From Rhodospirillales bacterium (GTDB taxonomy: Bacteria; Pseudomonadota; Alphaproteobacteria; MPNO01; UBA2964): a stretch of DNA of 64,000 bases. Of the stretch, positions 1 to 9,740 are shown in pieces. Position 1 is the first letter of the stretch. The number at the start of each line of letters is the position of its first letter. The stretch spans positions 5,421 through 69,420 of the forward strand of contig JAYOLL010000004.1 in assembly GCA_038120295.1 (NCBI GenBank). The letters run 5' to 3'. Below the pieces are notes generated by a model, which saw only the letters and a list, made by a program, of their open reading frames with translations, ran no database searches and was not told the DNA's origin. A program made the translations under genes and the position numbers.

Positions 1-2
1 CG

Positions 3-332
3 CGCCATGCGCGCTTTGCCTTTGGATGGAATGAGACAGCGCCGGTCGGAACGTACCCTGTCGGCGCGACCCCGGAAGGCATTTTCGACCTTGCCGGCAA
101 CGTGCATGAATGGACGTCGTCGCTCTATCGACCGTATCCCTACCGACCGGACGACGGCAGGGAGGTCCCGGACCCCGATGTTCCCGGGGAACGCGTCACC
201 CGCGGCGGAGGGCACGACAGTCCAGCCGAGGAGCTGCGGGCCGCCTGGCGCGGGGACGGCGTGTCCCGTAATCCGCGTGCCGGTCACCGAAATATTGGTT
301 TTCGCTGCGCAAAGAACATTCCGGGAGCCTGA
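3..332 (+). CDS. Formylglycine-generating enzyme (SUMF1/EgtB/PvdO) family protein, 3' part, truncated by window start
   Basis: Frame from nt 3 reads ...TAPVGTYPVGATPEGIFDLAGNVHEW...RVTRGGG...NIGFRCA. GxxDxxGNVxEW, RGG and GFRC are FGE-sulfatase domain signatures. Confidence 0.85.
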   Translation, partial: RHARFAFGWNETAPVGTYPVGATPEGIFDLAGNVHEWTSSLYRPYPYRPDDGREVPDPDVPGERVTRGGGHDSPAEELRAAWRGDGVSRNPRAGHRNIGFRCAKNIPGA

Positions 333-337
333 ACCGA

Positions 338-877
338 TCAGCCGTTCCAGGGCGTGTGATAGTTCCGCTCGTTATGCTCGATGGTGTTGATGAACCCCAG
401 TGCCGGAGGGCGCCCCGCCGAATCTGCTTCTTTCGCAATCATTTCCAGCAAATCGGAACGGGTGCAGAATTTTCGGTAACCTAGCGCTTCGTAATGCGCC
501 TGTTCGGGCAATGACCGTCCGTACACGATGACGCCTCGGCTGCGAAAGGGCGGCGGAAGCGCCTGCGCCAGCGGGAAACCCTGCGCTGCGTTGTTGCCGA
601 AGGCGATCATGTCGATGCCGTCGGTCAGTCGCCCGAGTTCCGCGCAGATCAGTTCGCTGGACACACGGTCCCAGTTCAGCTCTTCCCGGTCTGCTTCCGC
701 TAGGGTCAGCGCGGTGGGATAGGAATCAATGATCCCGTACTGATCGTCTTTCGCCGTTAATCGGGCCCAGGGCAGGGGCGGCTCTGTGACAAAGGCGTCA
801 ACCGTCACTTCATTGTCGAATATAAGTACGCGGAAACTCGACGCGAATACGCGCGTCAGTTCATCTGCAATTGTCAT
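338..877 (-). CDS. Hypothetical protein, 179 aa
   Basis: Globular-looking ORF starting 6 nt after the MFS stop on the same strand; no family recognised. Confidence 0.65.
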   Translation of the reverse strand: MTIADELTRVFASSFRVLIFDNEVTVDAFVTEPPLPWARLTAKDDQYGIIDSYPTALTLAEADREELNWDRVSSELICAELGRLTDGIDMIAFGNNAAQGFPLAQALPPPFRSRGVIVYGRSLPEQAHYEALGYRKFCTRSDLLEMIAKEADSAGRPPALGFINTIEHNERNYHTPWNG

Positions 878-883
878 GTCTTT

Positions 884-2131
884 CTACTCCCCGACCGGTT
901 CTGGAGGCGATCTGTATACCCACATCATCAGCACCCCACATAGCGCCAGCAGGATCGCGCCCAGGATCAGGAAACTCTGCGCGGTGCCCCACAGATCGGC
1001 GAAAAGCCCCATGATCGGCGGGACCAGAAGGGCGGCGGCGCGGTTGATCGTCTGGCGCAACCCGACCATTGAGCCCTGTTCGGCGGCGGAAACCGCATGC
1101 GACTGGACCGAGAACATGATCGGCTGGGTCAGCCCCTGCAGGATGCCGCGCGCGAACTGCGCCGCGATCAGCAATGTGACGACAATGCCCATTGTTGGGG
1201 ATACCCAGACGAAGACGGGTGTAACGACGATAGCGAGAATGGAGAGTGAGGTGCCGTGGACCAGCGTCCAGCGCGGATCGCCCAGTCGCATTGCACGGCC
1301 GCCCAGCAAGGAGCCCAGCCCTGTGGCGCCCTCGATCACGGCGAACAGGACGCCGATCATGAAGCCGGTAAGACCGATTTCCTCCATATAGACGACATAG
1401 ACCGCGTTCTGGACTCCCGATGTGGAGTTGCGCAGGAACATGACCGCCATTGAGATGGCGACGATCGGCGCCGCCATCATGGCGAAGGATTTCACGTAAT
1501 CCTCAAGCCTCGGCATGATCGATCGAACGGTAAATTCCCTTGCCGTTCCGGTTTCGGTGCCGCGCACTTCGTCCGTAACGGGCGCGAGGACGAGCGTGAG
1601 GAACAGGAATACCCCCCAGCCCAGGCAGAGGAGGTATCCGGGCCAGACGCCTCCGATGTCCCACAGGAGTCCGGCGACAAGCGGCGCGGCGCAGGTGCCG
1701 ATGCGGCTCGCAAAGGAAAACCGGCCGATATATTCCGCATCGCCGTGCGTGATTTGTGCGATCAGCGTCTGCCCGCCGGCCCAGCCGAACGAGACAGCGC
1801 CGCCGACCAGCATCTGAAGCGTCAGCAGCCCCCAGAAATTTTCGGTCAGTGGGTAGACCGGCGCCAACAGCATGGCCACGAGCGTGCAGATTTTCATGAC
1901 ACGCAGCGTGCCAAACCGGTCCATCAGCGTGCCGACATGGATCGAGAAGAGCAGGGTCAGCACCGTCCTGAATCCGACCAGCGCGCCGACCTCTGTGGCC
2001 GACATGCCGAGGCTGATCGCGTAAAGAGGGATGAGGAACCCGAACACGTCGATATAGCCCATGCCGAAGAGACCGATCGCGTAGGCGGACCAGAGCGTTC
2101 TCTTGTCGGGTTTCGAGGAAGCGTCAGTCAT
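884..2131 (-). CDS. MFS transporter
   Basis: About 12 hydrophobic segments; motif A-like GTLMDRFGTLR. Confidence 0.9.
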   Translation of the reverse strand: MTDASSKPDKRTLWSAYAIGLFGMGYIDVFGFLIPLYAISLGMSATEVGALVGFRTVLTLLFSIHVGTLMDRFGTLRVMKICTLVAMLLAPVYPLTENFWGLLTLQMLVGGAVSFGWAGGQTLIAQITHGDAEYIGRFSFASRIGTCAAPLVAGLLWDIGGVWPGYLLCLGWGVFLFLTLVLAPVTDEVRGTETGTAREFTVRSIMPRLEDYVKSFAMMAAPIVAISMAVMFLRNSTSGVQNAVYVVYMEEIGLTGFMIGVLFAVIEGATGLGSLLGGRAMRLGDPRWTLVHGTSLSILAIVVTPVFVWVSPTMGIVVTLLIAAQFARGILQGLTQPIMFSVQSHAVSAAEQGSMVGLRQTINRAAALLVPPIMGLFADLWGTAQSFLILGAILLALCGVLMMWVYRSPPEPVGE

Positions 2132-2134
2132 CGG

Positions 2135-3391
2135 TCACCCCGCGATGGGCTCTACCCTGCGGCGGGCGAATATGCCGAGCAACACGCTGATGACCAGAAG
2201 GAGCGCGCCGATGATGTAAAAGCTCTGCTCCCGTCCGAACGTATCGGAGGCGAGCCCGATCAGCGGCGGGATCGCCACCCCGCCCAGACGGTTCATGGTC
2301 TGGCGCAGCCCGACCACCGATCCCTGCTGGCGTCTGCCCACAGTTTTGGCCTGAATCGAGAACAGGATGGGCTGCGAAACGCCCTGAATCAGACCGCGCG
2401 CAACCTGCGCTACAATCAGGATGATGAAGATGCCGGAGAGCGTTGGTGATATCGAGCCGAACAACGGAGTCGCCGTGATCAGGACGATCATGACTATCGT
2501 CGACCAGGTCAGGACCTCGCGGGCGTCAAAACGGCGCATGGCGCGTCCGGAGAACCAGGACCCTACGCCTGCCGCGATTTCGATCGCCGCGAACAGGATG
2601 CCGATCTTGGTGGCGGTGAAGCCGATCCCCTGCGAATAGGTCATGTAGACCGATGTCTGGATGCCGTAGGTCGAGTTTCGAACCAGCATGGCGACGGCGG
2701 TGAAAGCGACCGCCGGAATCGCCATCATGGCGAATGACATGGCGTAGTCGGACAGTCGCGGCAGAATATCGACCATCCGGAAGCGTTCGGCATTGCTGTC
2801 ATCCGCCGGTTCGATCTCGGGTTCCGGTGCGAACCAGAGCACCACGAAACCGGAAACTGCCCACAGGAACCCGAAGCCGTAGGCCAGAAACGGTCCGCCG
2901 ATATCGTAGAGGAAACCGGCGATGACGGGCGCCAGCGTGGTGCCGATCCGTGCGACGGATGAGAACCGCCCGATATATTCCGCGTCGCCTTCGGAGATCC
3001 GCGCGATCAAGGTCTGCCCGCCGGTCCAGCCCATCGAGATCGCGAAGCCGCTGATCGCCTGCAGGACCAGGAGCGCCCAGAAGGCGGTCAGCAAGGGAAA
3101 CAGAGGGGCGCAGACGACAACCACGCCGGTAAAGAAAAGGGTCACGCGCCGGACCCCGAACCGGTCCATTAATGCGCCGCCATGGATCGACAGGAAAAGA
3201 GAAACGAACGACCGCGCGCCGACCAGCGCGCCGATCTCTGTATCCGTCATGCCGAGCGACTGCCCCGCATAGATCGGGATCAGGAATACGAACACGTCGA
3301 TCATCGACATGCTGAAAATGCCGAACACATAGACCGCGCGCAGGTGCTTCGGGTCGGGAGAGGGGCGCGTTTCTGTTTCGACTTCTGTCAT
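2135..3391 (-). CDS. MFS transporter, paralog of the adjacent one
   Basis: GALMDRFGVRR motif A; shares GGQTLIA-EGDAEYIGRFS and QGSxVGLRQTxNR with 884..2131. Confidence 0.9.
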   Translation of the reverse strand: MTEVETETRPSPDPKHLRAVYVFGIFSMSMIDVFVFLIPIYAGQSLGMTDTEIGALVGARSFVSLFLSIHGGALMDRFGVRRVTLFFTGVVVVCAPLFPLLTAFWALLVLQAISGFAISMGWTGGQTLIARISEGDAEYIGRFSSVARIGTTLAPVIAGFLYDIGGPFLAYGFGFLWAVSGFVVLWFAPEPEIEPADDSNAERFRMVDILPRLSDYAMSFAMMAIPAVAFTAVAMLVRNSTYGIQTSVYMTYSQGIGFTATKIGILFAAIEIAAGVGSWFSGRAMRRFDAREVLTWSTIVMIVLITATPLFGSISPTLSGIFIILIVAQVARGLIQGVSQPILFSIQAKTVGRRQQGSVVGLRQTMNRLGGVAIPPLIGLASDTFGREQSFYIIGALLLVISVLLGIFARRRVEPIAG

Positions 3392-3441
3392 CGGCGGCTG
3401 CCGTAGGAGGGAGGCGGCATACTATGCCCATTCCCCCGGCC

Positions 3442-3475
3442 AAAAAAGAACCGGCGGCCCTGTGGGGCCGCCGGT
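3442..3475 (-). terminator. Intrinsic terminator/attenuating hairpin after the tctC-like gene
   Basis: Stem accggcggccc-tgtg-gggccgccggt with an adjacent A-run (U-tract on the minus strand). Confidence 0.75.
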
Positions 3476-3497
3476 CATTCTGGAGCCAGTGAGGAGG

Positions 3498-4790
3498 CTA
3501 CTTGCAGTCAATATTGAGCGCGGTCTCTGCGCCCTTTACGCGGAAATCGCATTTCATGCCGACTTTCAGGCCGCCACGCTTGGCTTTTTTGCCGGCCACC
3601 GTGATCTGTGTCCCGCTGCCGGAGACGCGCAACCGCCCCTTGCCTGTTTCGCCCTTCCAGGACACCCGACGGCCACCTCCCTTAAGAGCGGTAATTTCGC
3701 CGGCATAGGTGAGGACGGGGACCACCGCCTTGGCGACTTCGGTGCCTTTCGATGTGCCGATCTTGTCGGCGAGGTCGAGGACATCCCGAGGCATGGAGTA
3801 GACACGGTCGATCAGTTTCTGAACTTCTTCGCCTGTCGCCGGATCAATCTCGATCCGGCGTTTCTTGGCGTCCGCCAGGAATTCCGGGTCCTTCATGGTT
3901 TTCCAGAATGCCGTGCGCAACGCCTCATATCGTTCCTTCGGTACATTCGGGCCGACTACGAACGGGCGGCCATAAACCTGGGCAGATAGATGGACGTACA
4001 GTGCGTCGCTCATCTTCTTGTCGGTCACCAGTTCGCTGATCAACGGCACGTTGGGAAGCTCAGGGTGCCGCTTCATCGCATACTGGAGGGTAAGGTTGAC
4101 CTTCTTGTCCCGAATCCAGTCCGCAGCGGTCGCCTTGATCGACGACCACGACCAGCCGCATCTTCCATCTACCTCTTTTCGCTGCATCGCAAGGTTGATA
4201 TCGGCCCCGCCCGGGTAGCCGGTGATCAGCTTGAACTTGCCTCCCAGCAGGTTGTTCACCAGGAGGGTATGGACATCGATCGTGCTGCCTATGGAAAGCC
4301 CACCCATCGTCGGCCGCTTGGCCAGTGCATCCTGGATCGAATGGATGCCCGCTTCGGACCAGAAAACGCACAGGCTGTATTCCTGATTGGCGCTGCCCAG
4401 CCACTTGAACTTTCCGCCGTCGAACTTGGCCTGCTTGTTTCCGAACAGAGGCTGGCTGATGACGTTGCGCCCCACCATGCCGAGGTTGGTGCCGTCCTGC
4501 GGGAATACGTTATAGAGCGCATTGAGCAACCGGATGCCGCCGGCGCCGGTGTAGTTCTTGGCGATGGCGCGGGGGTTGCCCGGAATATGCCGGGTGATGT
4601 GGCGCGCCACGATCCGCCCATAGGCATCGTAACCGCCGCCCGCAGAATAGCCGATATACATGGTGATCTGCTTGCCGCTAAAGAAGTTCTCGACATCCTT
4701 CATGTCGGCATGGGCCGTCCCGGCCGTAAACGGGGCGGCAATTGCGGCTGTTGCGACAGCCGACGCTAGCGTGAATACTTTCCTGTTCAT
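3498..4790 (-). CDS. Tripartite tricarboxylate transporter (Bug/TctC-like) substrate-binding protein with an extra C-terminal beta-rich domain
   Basis: Signal peptide (AHA-D); GYSAGGGYDAYGR, NYTGAGG and GYPGG motifs; about 70-aa basic C-terminal extension with two Cys. Confidence 0.85.
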   Translation of the reverse strand: MNRKVFTLASAVATAAIAAPFTAGTAHADMKDVENFFSGKQITMYIGYSAGGGYDAYGRIVARHITRHIPGNPRAIAKNYTGAGGIRLLNALYNVFPQDGTNLGMVGRNVISQPLFGNKQAKFDGGKFKWLGSANQEYSLCVFWSEAGIHSIQDALAKRPTMGGLSIGSTIDVHTLLVNNLLGGKFKLITGYPGGADINLAMQRKEVDGRCGWSWSSIKATAADWIRDKKVNLTLQYAMKRHPELPNVPLISELVTDKKMSDALYVHLSAQVYGRPFVVGPNVPKERYEALRTAFWKTMKDPEFLADAKKRRIEIDPATGEEVQKLIDRVYSMPRDVLDLADKIGTSKGTEVAKAVVPVLTYAGEITALKGGGRRVSWKGETGKGRLRVSGSGTQITVAGKKAKRGGLKVGMKCDFRVKGAETALNIDCK

Positions 4791-4872
4791 CTTAACCCTC
4801 TCCTGTTTCTCTGAATTCCGGTCCTTTAAGGCCTTCTGGGAAATACCCTAGCGCCGGTGCGGAAGCCTGTCA

Positions 4873-5259
4873 TCAGTGTCGTTTCCGCGTCGGTCCGGTG
4901 AAAACGAGTAGCGCAATGCCGACCAGGATAAACAGCGATCCGGTCGCGAGGATCAGGTTCACCGGGTTGGACTCCTTGCCGCCGGTCAGATTGCGGATCA
5001 CGAGGAAGAGCTGGTCGCCTGCGACATCGGCGCCGAGGAAACACACCGCGGCAATCGGCGAGCGAATCCACCATTGTCTCGGGTCCGGCAGAACCAGAAG
5101 CAGCCCGGCGAGACCGATGGCGGTGCGCTGCGTGCGGCAGTAGATGCATTCATGCACCAGGCCGGAAAGATCCATCCACCAGGTCACAGCGCTCACAACG
5201 ATGCAGAGAACGCCGATTGCCCGCAGATTGTTTCGCAGCAGGTCGAGTAACCGGTCCAT
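4873..5259 (-). CDS. Small DsbB-like membrane protein (CxxC-xxQR)
   Basis: Four hydrophobic helices; HECIYCRTQR resembles the DsbB PCxxCxxQR redox motif. Confidence 0.6.
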   Translation of the reverse strand: MDRLLDLLRNNLRAIGVLCIVVSAVTWWMDLSGLVHECIYCRTQRTAIGLAGLLLVLPDPRQWWIRSPIAAVCFLGADVAGDQLFLVIRNLTGGKESNPVNLILATGSLFILVGIALLVFTGPTRKRH

Positions 5260-5266
5260 TCAAGCC

Positions 5267-6094
5267 TCAGTACGGCCGGTCGCCCATCACGGCGATGCGG
5301 CGCAGCAGACGGCGTTCGCCTTCGGAATCGTAATCGTTTCGTGCATGCATCACGCAGCGATTGTCCCAGATCGCGAGATCGCCGACCCGCCATTTATGCA
5401 TATGGACGAACCGGTCTTCCTCCAGCGTTTCGAACAGCTTCTCGAGAAGAGCGTCGCTCTCGTCCCTCTCCATGTCGACGATGTAATCGGTGCTCAGCCG
5501 GCTGACATGGATCGCCTTGCGGCCGGTTTCCGGGTGGGTGCGGACGACCGGATGAACGGCGCGCGGCGCGTTTTCCTCTCGCTCGGTGACGCGACGCAGC
5601 ACGTTGGGGGAATCGTACAGATAGCAATTGAAACACCGGAGCCCATCAAGGCGGGCCTTCGTATCATCAGGCAGCGAGTCGTAGGCCGCCCTTGCGTTAG
5701 AAAACAGGGTTTCGCCGCCTTGCGACGGCACTTCCATGCCATACAACGACATGGCGAGGCAGGGCGTTTCGTACTGCACCTGATCCATGTGAAACACGAT
5801 ATCGCCATGCGGCAGGATCGCGTCGGGCCGCGTGTTGGAGACGTAATGAATGCCTGGCTGAGCCTTTTCGGCGAGATCCGGGTTCATGCGCTCGGGCTGC
5901 ACCGGTCCGAAAAGCTCGCAAAGCCGGACATGGTCGTCGTCGGAAAGGTCCTGTCCCGGAAAAATCAGGAGCTGATGGTCGAGAAAGGCCTGCCTGATGT
6001 CCGCTTCGTCCGTTGGGTCGAGCGGCGTCGACAGATCGACCCCGGTGATTTCTGCGCCGAGTGCGTCGGAAACGGGTGTAACGGTAATTGTCAT
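5267..6094 (-). CDS. TauD/TfdA family Fe(II)/2-oxoglutarate dioxygenase
   Basis: GAEITGVDL; HxD (FHMD); GGETLF; HPVVRTHPETGR; WDNRCVMHAR. Confidence 0.92.
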   Translation of the reverse strand: MTITVTPVSDALGAEITGVDLSTPLDPTDEADIRQAFLDHQLLIFPGQDLSDDDHVRLCELFGPVQPERMNPDLAEKAQPGIHYVSNTRPDAILPHGDIVFHMDQVQYETPCLAMSLYGMEVPSQGGETLFSNARAAYDSLPDDTKARLDGLRCFNCYLYDSPNVLRRVTEREENAPRAVHPVVRTHPETGRKAIHVSRLSTDYIVDMERDESDALLEKLFETLEEDRFVHMHKWRVGDLAIWDNRCVMHARNDYDSEGERRLLRRIAVMGDRPY

Positions 6095-6102
6095 GGATTT
6101 CC

Positions 6103-7830
6103 TCAGGCTGCTTTCGATTGTGTTTTCCCGGGGCCGCTTCCGCCGCCGCGCAGCAGCCTGCCGGGTAACGGCCCGTCAGAGGACAGCACGTCGCCGGAAG
6201 AGTCGCGGAGCATCACACCGTTGACGATGACCGCTTCCATCCCGTGCGCATCGACCACCAGCCGTTGCTCGCCGCCCGGCAGGTCAGCGGCGCGGCGCAG
6301 CTTGCCGGCGCCCACCGTTTCCGGATCGAACACGACCACGTCCGCCGGCCCGCCTTCCACCAGCCGCCCGCGGCCCTCAAGCCCGAACACATCCGCCGGC
6401 AGTGAGGTCAGCTTGCGCACCGCCTCCTCAATCGGAATAGCTTTCTTGTCGCGAACCCAGTGGCCCAGCAGGTGGGTCGAGAAACAGGCGTCGCAAAGCT
6501 GGCTGGTATGCGCGCCCGCATCCGACAGGCCGAGCAGCGTATAGGGGTTGCGCAGCAGCTCGCGCACGCCGTCTTCCAGGTTATTGGCGAGCGGAATGCG
6601 AAAGCGCGCTGCGAAATCCGACTCGAGAGAGATATCCAGCGCCACGTCGACCGGAGTCATTCCGCGCTCGGCGGCGATATCGTCGAGGCGGCGTTCCTCC
6701 AGAGACGGATCGGTCGGGCAGTCGCTCACCACCGTATCGGCCCAGGCGCCACGCAATCGCACGACCGGCCCGGCGTCGGAGCCCTCTGGGCTCATTTCTT
6801 TTGCCAGGGCCGCGCGGAATTCCGGGTCGCGATAGATCGTCTTGCGCTGTTCCAGGTCCATTCCGCCGAACTGCTCGAACAGCTCCAGCCGTTCCATCGG
6901 GAAGGGTTCGCCGAAATCGAACTCCATGGTCAGCTCGCGGCACGACATTTGCGGATAGATCGGCTTGCCGCTTTCGATCAGCGCGCTGGTTCTGTCGGCA
7001 TACTGGCGATGCAGCTCGGGATGCGTACGACGGGTCAGGAGAGACGACCAGTTGAAATTGTTGCCGGTCTTCGCCGCGAGCGTTTCGTAGTGATCGAACC
7101 TGATCTCGCCGCCGGCGGAGACCTGCATGACGCCGCGTCCCATCTCGCCCATCACGTCGGCCAGCGCTTCCTGCTCGGCATCGTCTGCGAGGCGGCTCGG
7201 TACCGGGCGGCCCTGATAGCCGATATGGTTGGGCGATTCCGACGTCGCCAGACCGATGGCGCCGGCCTCCAGGGCTTCGCGAAGCAGGGTTTTCATCCGG
7301 GCGACCTCATCGTCGGTAGCCGTGCGCGACATTGCGTCCTCGCCCATCACATAGACCCGCAACGGCGAATGGCCCAGATAGCAGGCGACGTTGACCGCGA
7401 TACCGCGGTCCTCGATCGCGTCGAGATATTCCGGGAAACTCTCGAACGGCCAGTCCGCCAACCCTTCGGTCAGCGCCCTGAGGCTCATCCCCTCGACCTT
7501 TTCCAGCGTGCCGGCGATCAGATCGCGATGTTCGGGTTTCGTGGGTGCGATCCCGAACCCGCAATTGCCAAGCAGCACCGTTGTTACACCGTGCCAGGGC
7601 GATACGGTCAGCATCCGGTCCCAGATGATCTGGGCGTCGTAATGGGTATGGATATCGATGAAGCCCGGCGCGGCGACCTTGCCGTCTGCGTCAATTACGG
7701 TGGCGGCGGCGTCCGGCGCTTCGCCCAGCGCGTCGATCCTGCCGTCCTTTATCCCGATGCTGCCGCGATAGCCCGGCGAGCCGGTGCCATCGACGATGGT
7801 CGCATTGTCGATACGGATGTCGTAGCCCAT
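6103..7830 (-). CDS. N-acyl-D-amino-acid deacylase family amidohydrolase
   Basis: IVDGTG; PGFIDIHTHYD; HGVTTVLLGNCG; SDAGAH. Confidence 0.9.
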   Translation of the reverse strand: MGYDIRIDNATIVDGTGSPGYRGSIGIKDGRIDALGEAPDAAATVIDADGKVAAPGFIDIHTHYDAQIIWDRMLTVSPWHGVTTVLLGNCGFGIAPTKPEHRDLIAGTLEKVEGMSLRALTEGLADWPFESFPEYLDAIEDRGIAVNVACYLGHSPLRVYVMGEDAMSRTATDDEVARMKTLLREALEAGAIGLATSESPNHIGYQGRPVPSRLADDAEQEALADVMGEMGRGVMQVSAGGEIRFDHYETLAAKTGNNFNWSSLLTRRTHPELHRQYADRTSALIESGKPIYPQMSCRELTMEFDFGEPFPMERLELFEQFGGMDLEQRKTIYRDPEFRAALAKEMSPEGSDAGPVVRLRGAWADTVVSDCPTDPSLEERRLDDIAAERGMTPVDVALDISLESDFAARFRIPLANNLEDGVRELLRNPYTLLGLSDAGAHTSQLCDACFSTHLLGHWVRDKKAIPIEEAVRKLTSLPADVFGLEGRGRLVEGGPADVVVFDPETVGAGKLRRAADLPGGEQRLVVDAHGMEAVIVNGVMLRDSSGDVLSSDGPLPGRLLRGGGSGPGKTQSKAA

Positions 7831-7902
7831 GACGAGCCTCCCTGTTCCCGGTATCCCCTTAGCTTCTCCGGGTTTCGGCGCCGGATCAAGCCGGCCTCGG
7901 TA

Positions 7903-7947
7903 AATTCGAACCGGATCAATTCGAACCGGATCAATTCCGACTGGATC
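7903..7947. repeat. 15-bp tandem repeat x3 (two exact copies, one degenerate)
   Basis: aattcgaaccggatc / aattcgaaccggatc / aattccgactggatc, abutting the GMC stop codon. Confidence 0.85.
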
Positions 7948-9676
7948 AGGCCGCCTGGGCTTTTGACTCGGCCATGATCGTCGCCGCGATCTTCTCTCCC
8001 ACCATGATGGTTGTCAGGTTGGTGTTGGCGCAAGGCACACGCGGAAAGATCGAGGCATCGCAGACGCGAAGCCCGGTTACGCCATAGACGCGCCCGGCAG
8101 GGTCTGTCACCGCTTCCGGGTCGTCGGCCGCGCCCATGCGGCAGGAGCATGAGGCGTGCCAGTGGCCCAGCACCGTGTCGCGAATCCACTGCTCGATATT
8201 GGCGTCCGATTCCAGCAGTTCGGCGATTGACGGGCCGTCGGCGATCATGTTGTCGATCACCCAGCGCCGGATCGGCGGCACGGCGTCCATCACATGCGCG
8301 CCGAGCCAGGTCTGGAACCGGTTCCAGCTGCTGTAGACGCCGATCTTGCGGGCACGGTCGCCGTAGCTCACCGGGAACATCTCGTGCACCGAGTCTTTCA
8401 CCGCCGGGTGGGCCGACAGTTTCGCCATGATGCGCACGCCCGCGATCATCCGGTCCATATCGCGCCTGTCGCCGCACATGTTGAAATCGATGTCCGGTTC
8501 GGCATGGGGGTCTGACGTCTCGATCCGCACATACCCTGTCGAATAGGAATGGTTTACCCAGAGCTGCATGATCGCCATGCGGTCGCCGATCGGATGCCAG
8601 GCGGCGCGGTTTGTCGGCACGATATACATGTCGCCCGACGGCATATCCTCCATGCCGGAGGAATAGCGCACGGCGGCGATCATGTGGGTCGGCAGGCCGG
8701 GCGTGAGCCGCGCGTCGCGTTTCAGCCACGCGCCGAAATTGACGCCCGGATGTTCCATCAGATTCTGCCCGACACCCGGCCGGTCGGCCACCACCTCAAT
8801 GCCGAGGTCGCGAAGCAACGAACCCGGACCTACGCCGGAGCGCTGCAATAGCGGCGGGGTATGCAGGGCGCCGGTGCTGACGATGACTTCTCGCGCATGA
8901 ATGTCGGAGACCTGTCCGCCGCGTTCGACCCGCGCGCCGATGCAGCGCTTCCCCTCGAACAGCAGCCGGTGAACATGGGTCCGGTCCTGAAGATCGAAAT
9001 TGGGACGCGCGCGGACCTCGTGGGTCAAATAGACGGTGGAAACGCCCTGGCGCCTGCCGTCGATATTGTTCATCGGGATGGGGAAATACCCGTCGCGGAA
9101 ATCGCCGTTCTGGTCGCGCAGATCCTCCCAGCCCTGGTCGTCGGCGGCCCTGATGGCGGCGGTGGTGAAGCCCGGCCACTGATCCGGAAACAGGCGACGC
9201 AGCCCCACCGGCCCGTCCTTGCCGTGCAGCGGCCCGTCGAAATCGCGGTCGTTCTCGAGCTTCTTGTAATAGGGCAGGACGTCGTCCCATCCCCATCCCG
9301 CCGCGCCGCGCGCTTCCCAGTCGGCGAAATCGCTCGGCAGGCCGCGATTGGCGCACATGCCGTTGACCGATGATCCTCCGCCGATGATCTTGCCCTGGTT
9401 GTAGCGGCGTTTCGGCCTGTTATCGGGCGCGTTGCCGGGCTTCGGCAAATAGATCGCCGTCATGCCCTTCCAGGTGATTTTGTCGCCACCCTTGCCGTTG
9501 GCGACGAAATTCTCCTGGATTTCCTCGGGTTCGTCGCCGGGCGGAAAATCCTCGCCTGCCTCCAGCAGCAGCACCCGGTTGGACGCACGCTCGCTAAGCC
9601 GGCTTGCCAGCACCCCGCCGGCCGATCCACCGCCGATAATCAGATAGTCGATTTCAGGTGTGCCGTTCTCCGCCAC
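7946..9676 (-). CDS. GMC family FAD oxidoreductase (HMF-oxidase/choline dehydrogenase-like)
   Basis: IIGGGSAG FAD motif; GGGSSVNG; GHWHASCSCRMG; ANTNL. GTG start chosen after a GGAGGA RBS. Confidence 0.9.
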   Translation of the reverse strand: MAENGTPEIDYLIIGGGSAGGVLASRLSERASNRVLLLEAGEDFPPGDEPEEIQENFVANGKGGDKITWKGMTAIYLPKPGNAPDNRPKRRYNQGKIIGGGSSVNGMCANRGLPSDFADWEARGAAGWGWDDVLPYYKKLENDRDFDGPLHGKDGPVGLRRLFPDQWPGFTTAAIRAADDQGWEDLRDQNGDFRDGYFPIPMNNIDGRRQGVSTVYLTHEVRARPNFDLQDRTHVHRLLFEGKRCIGARVERGGQVSDIHAREVIVSTGALHTPPLLQRSGVGPGSLLRDLGIEVVADRPGVGQNLMEHPGVNFGAWLKRDARLTPGLPTHMIAAVRYSSGMEDMPSGDMYIVPTNRAAWHPIGDRMAIMQLWVNHSYSTGYVRIETSDPHAEPDIDFNMCGDRRDMDRMIAGVRIMAKLSAHPAVKDSVHEMFPVSYGDRARKIGVYSSWNRFQTWLGAHVMDAVPPIRRWVIDNMIADGPSIAELLESDANIEQWIRDTVLGHWHASCSCRMGAADDPEAVTDPAGRVYGVTGLRVCDASIFPRVPCANTNLTTIMVGEKIAATIMAESKAQAA

Positions 9677-9740
9677 GATGTCCTCCCACATTGTTATGGA
9701 AGGCAATGATACGCGTCGGCTACGGCGATGTCACAGGGTG

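Noticed and set aside
7903-7947. CRISPR array
   Set aside because: 15-bp units are contiguous, with no spacers and no cas genes.
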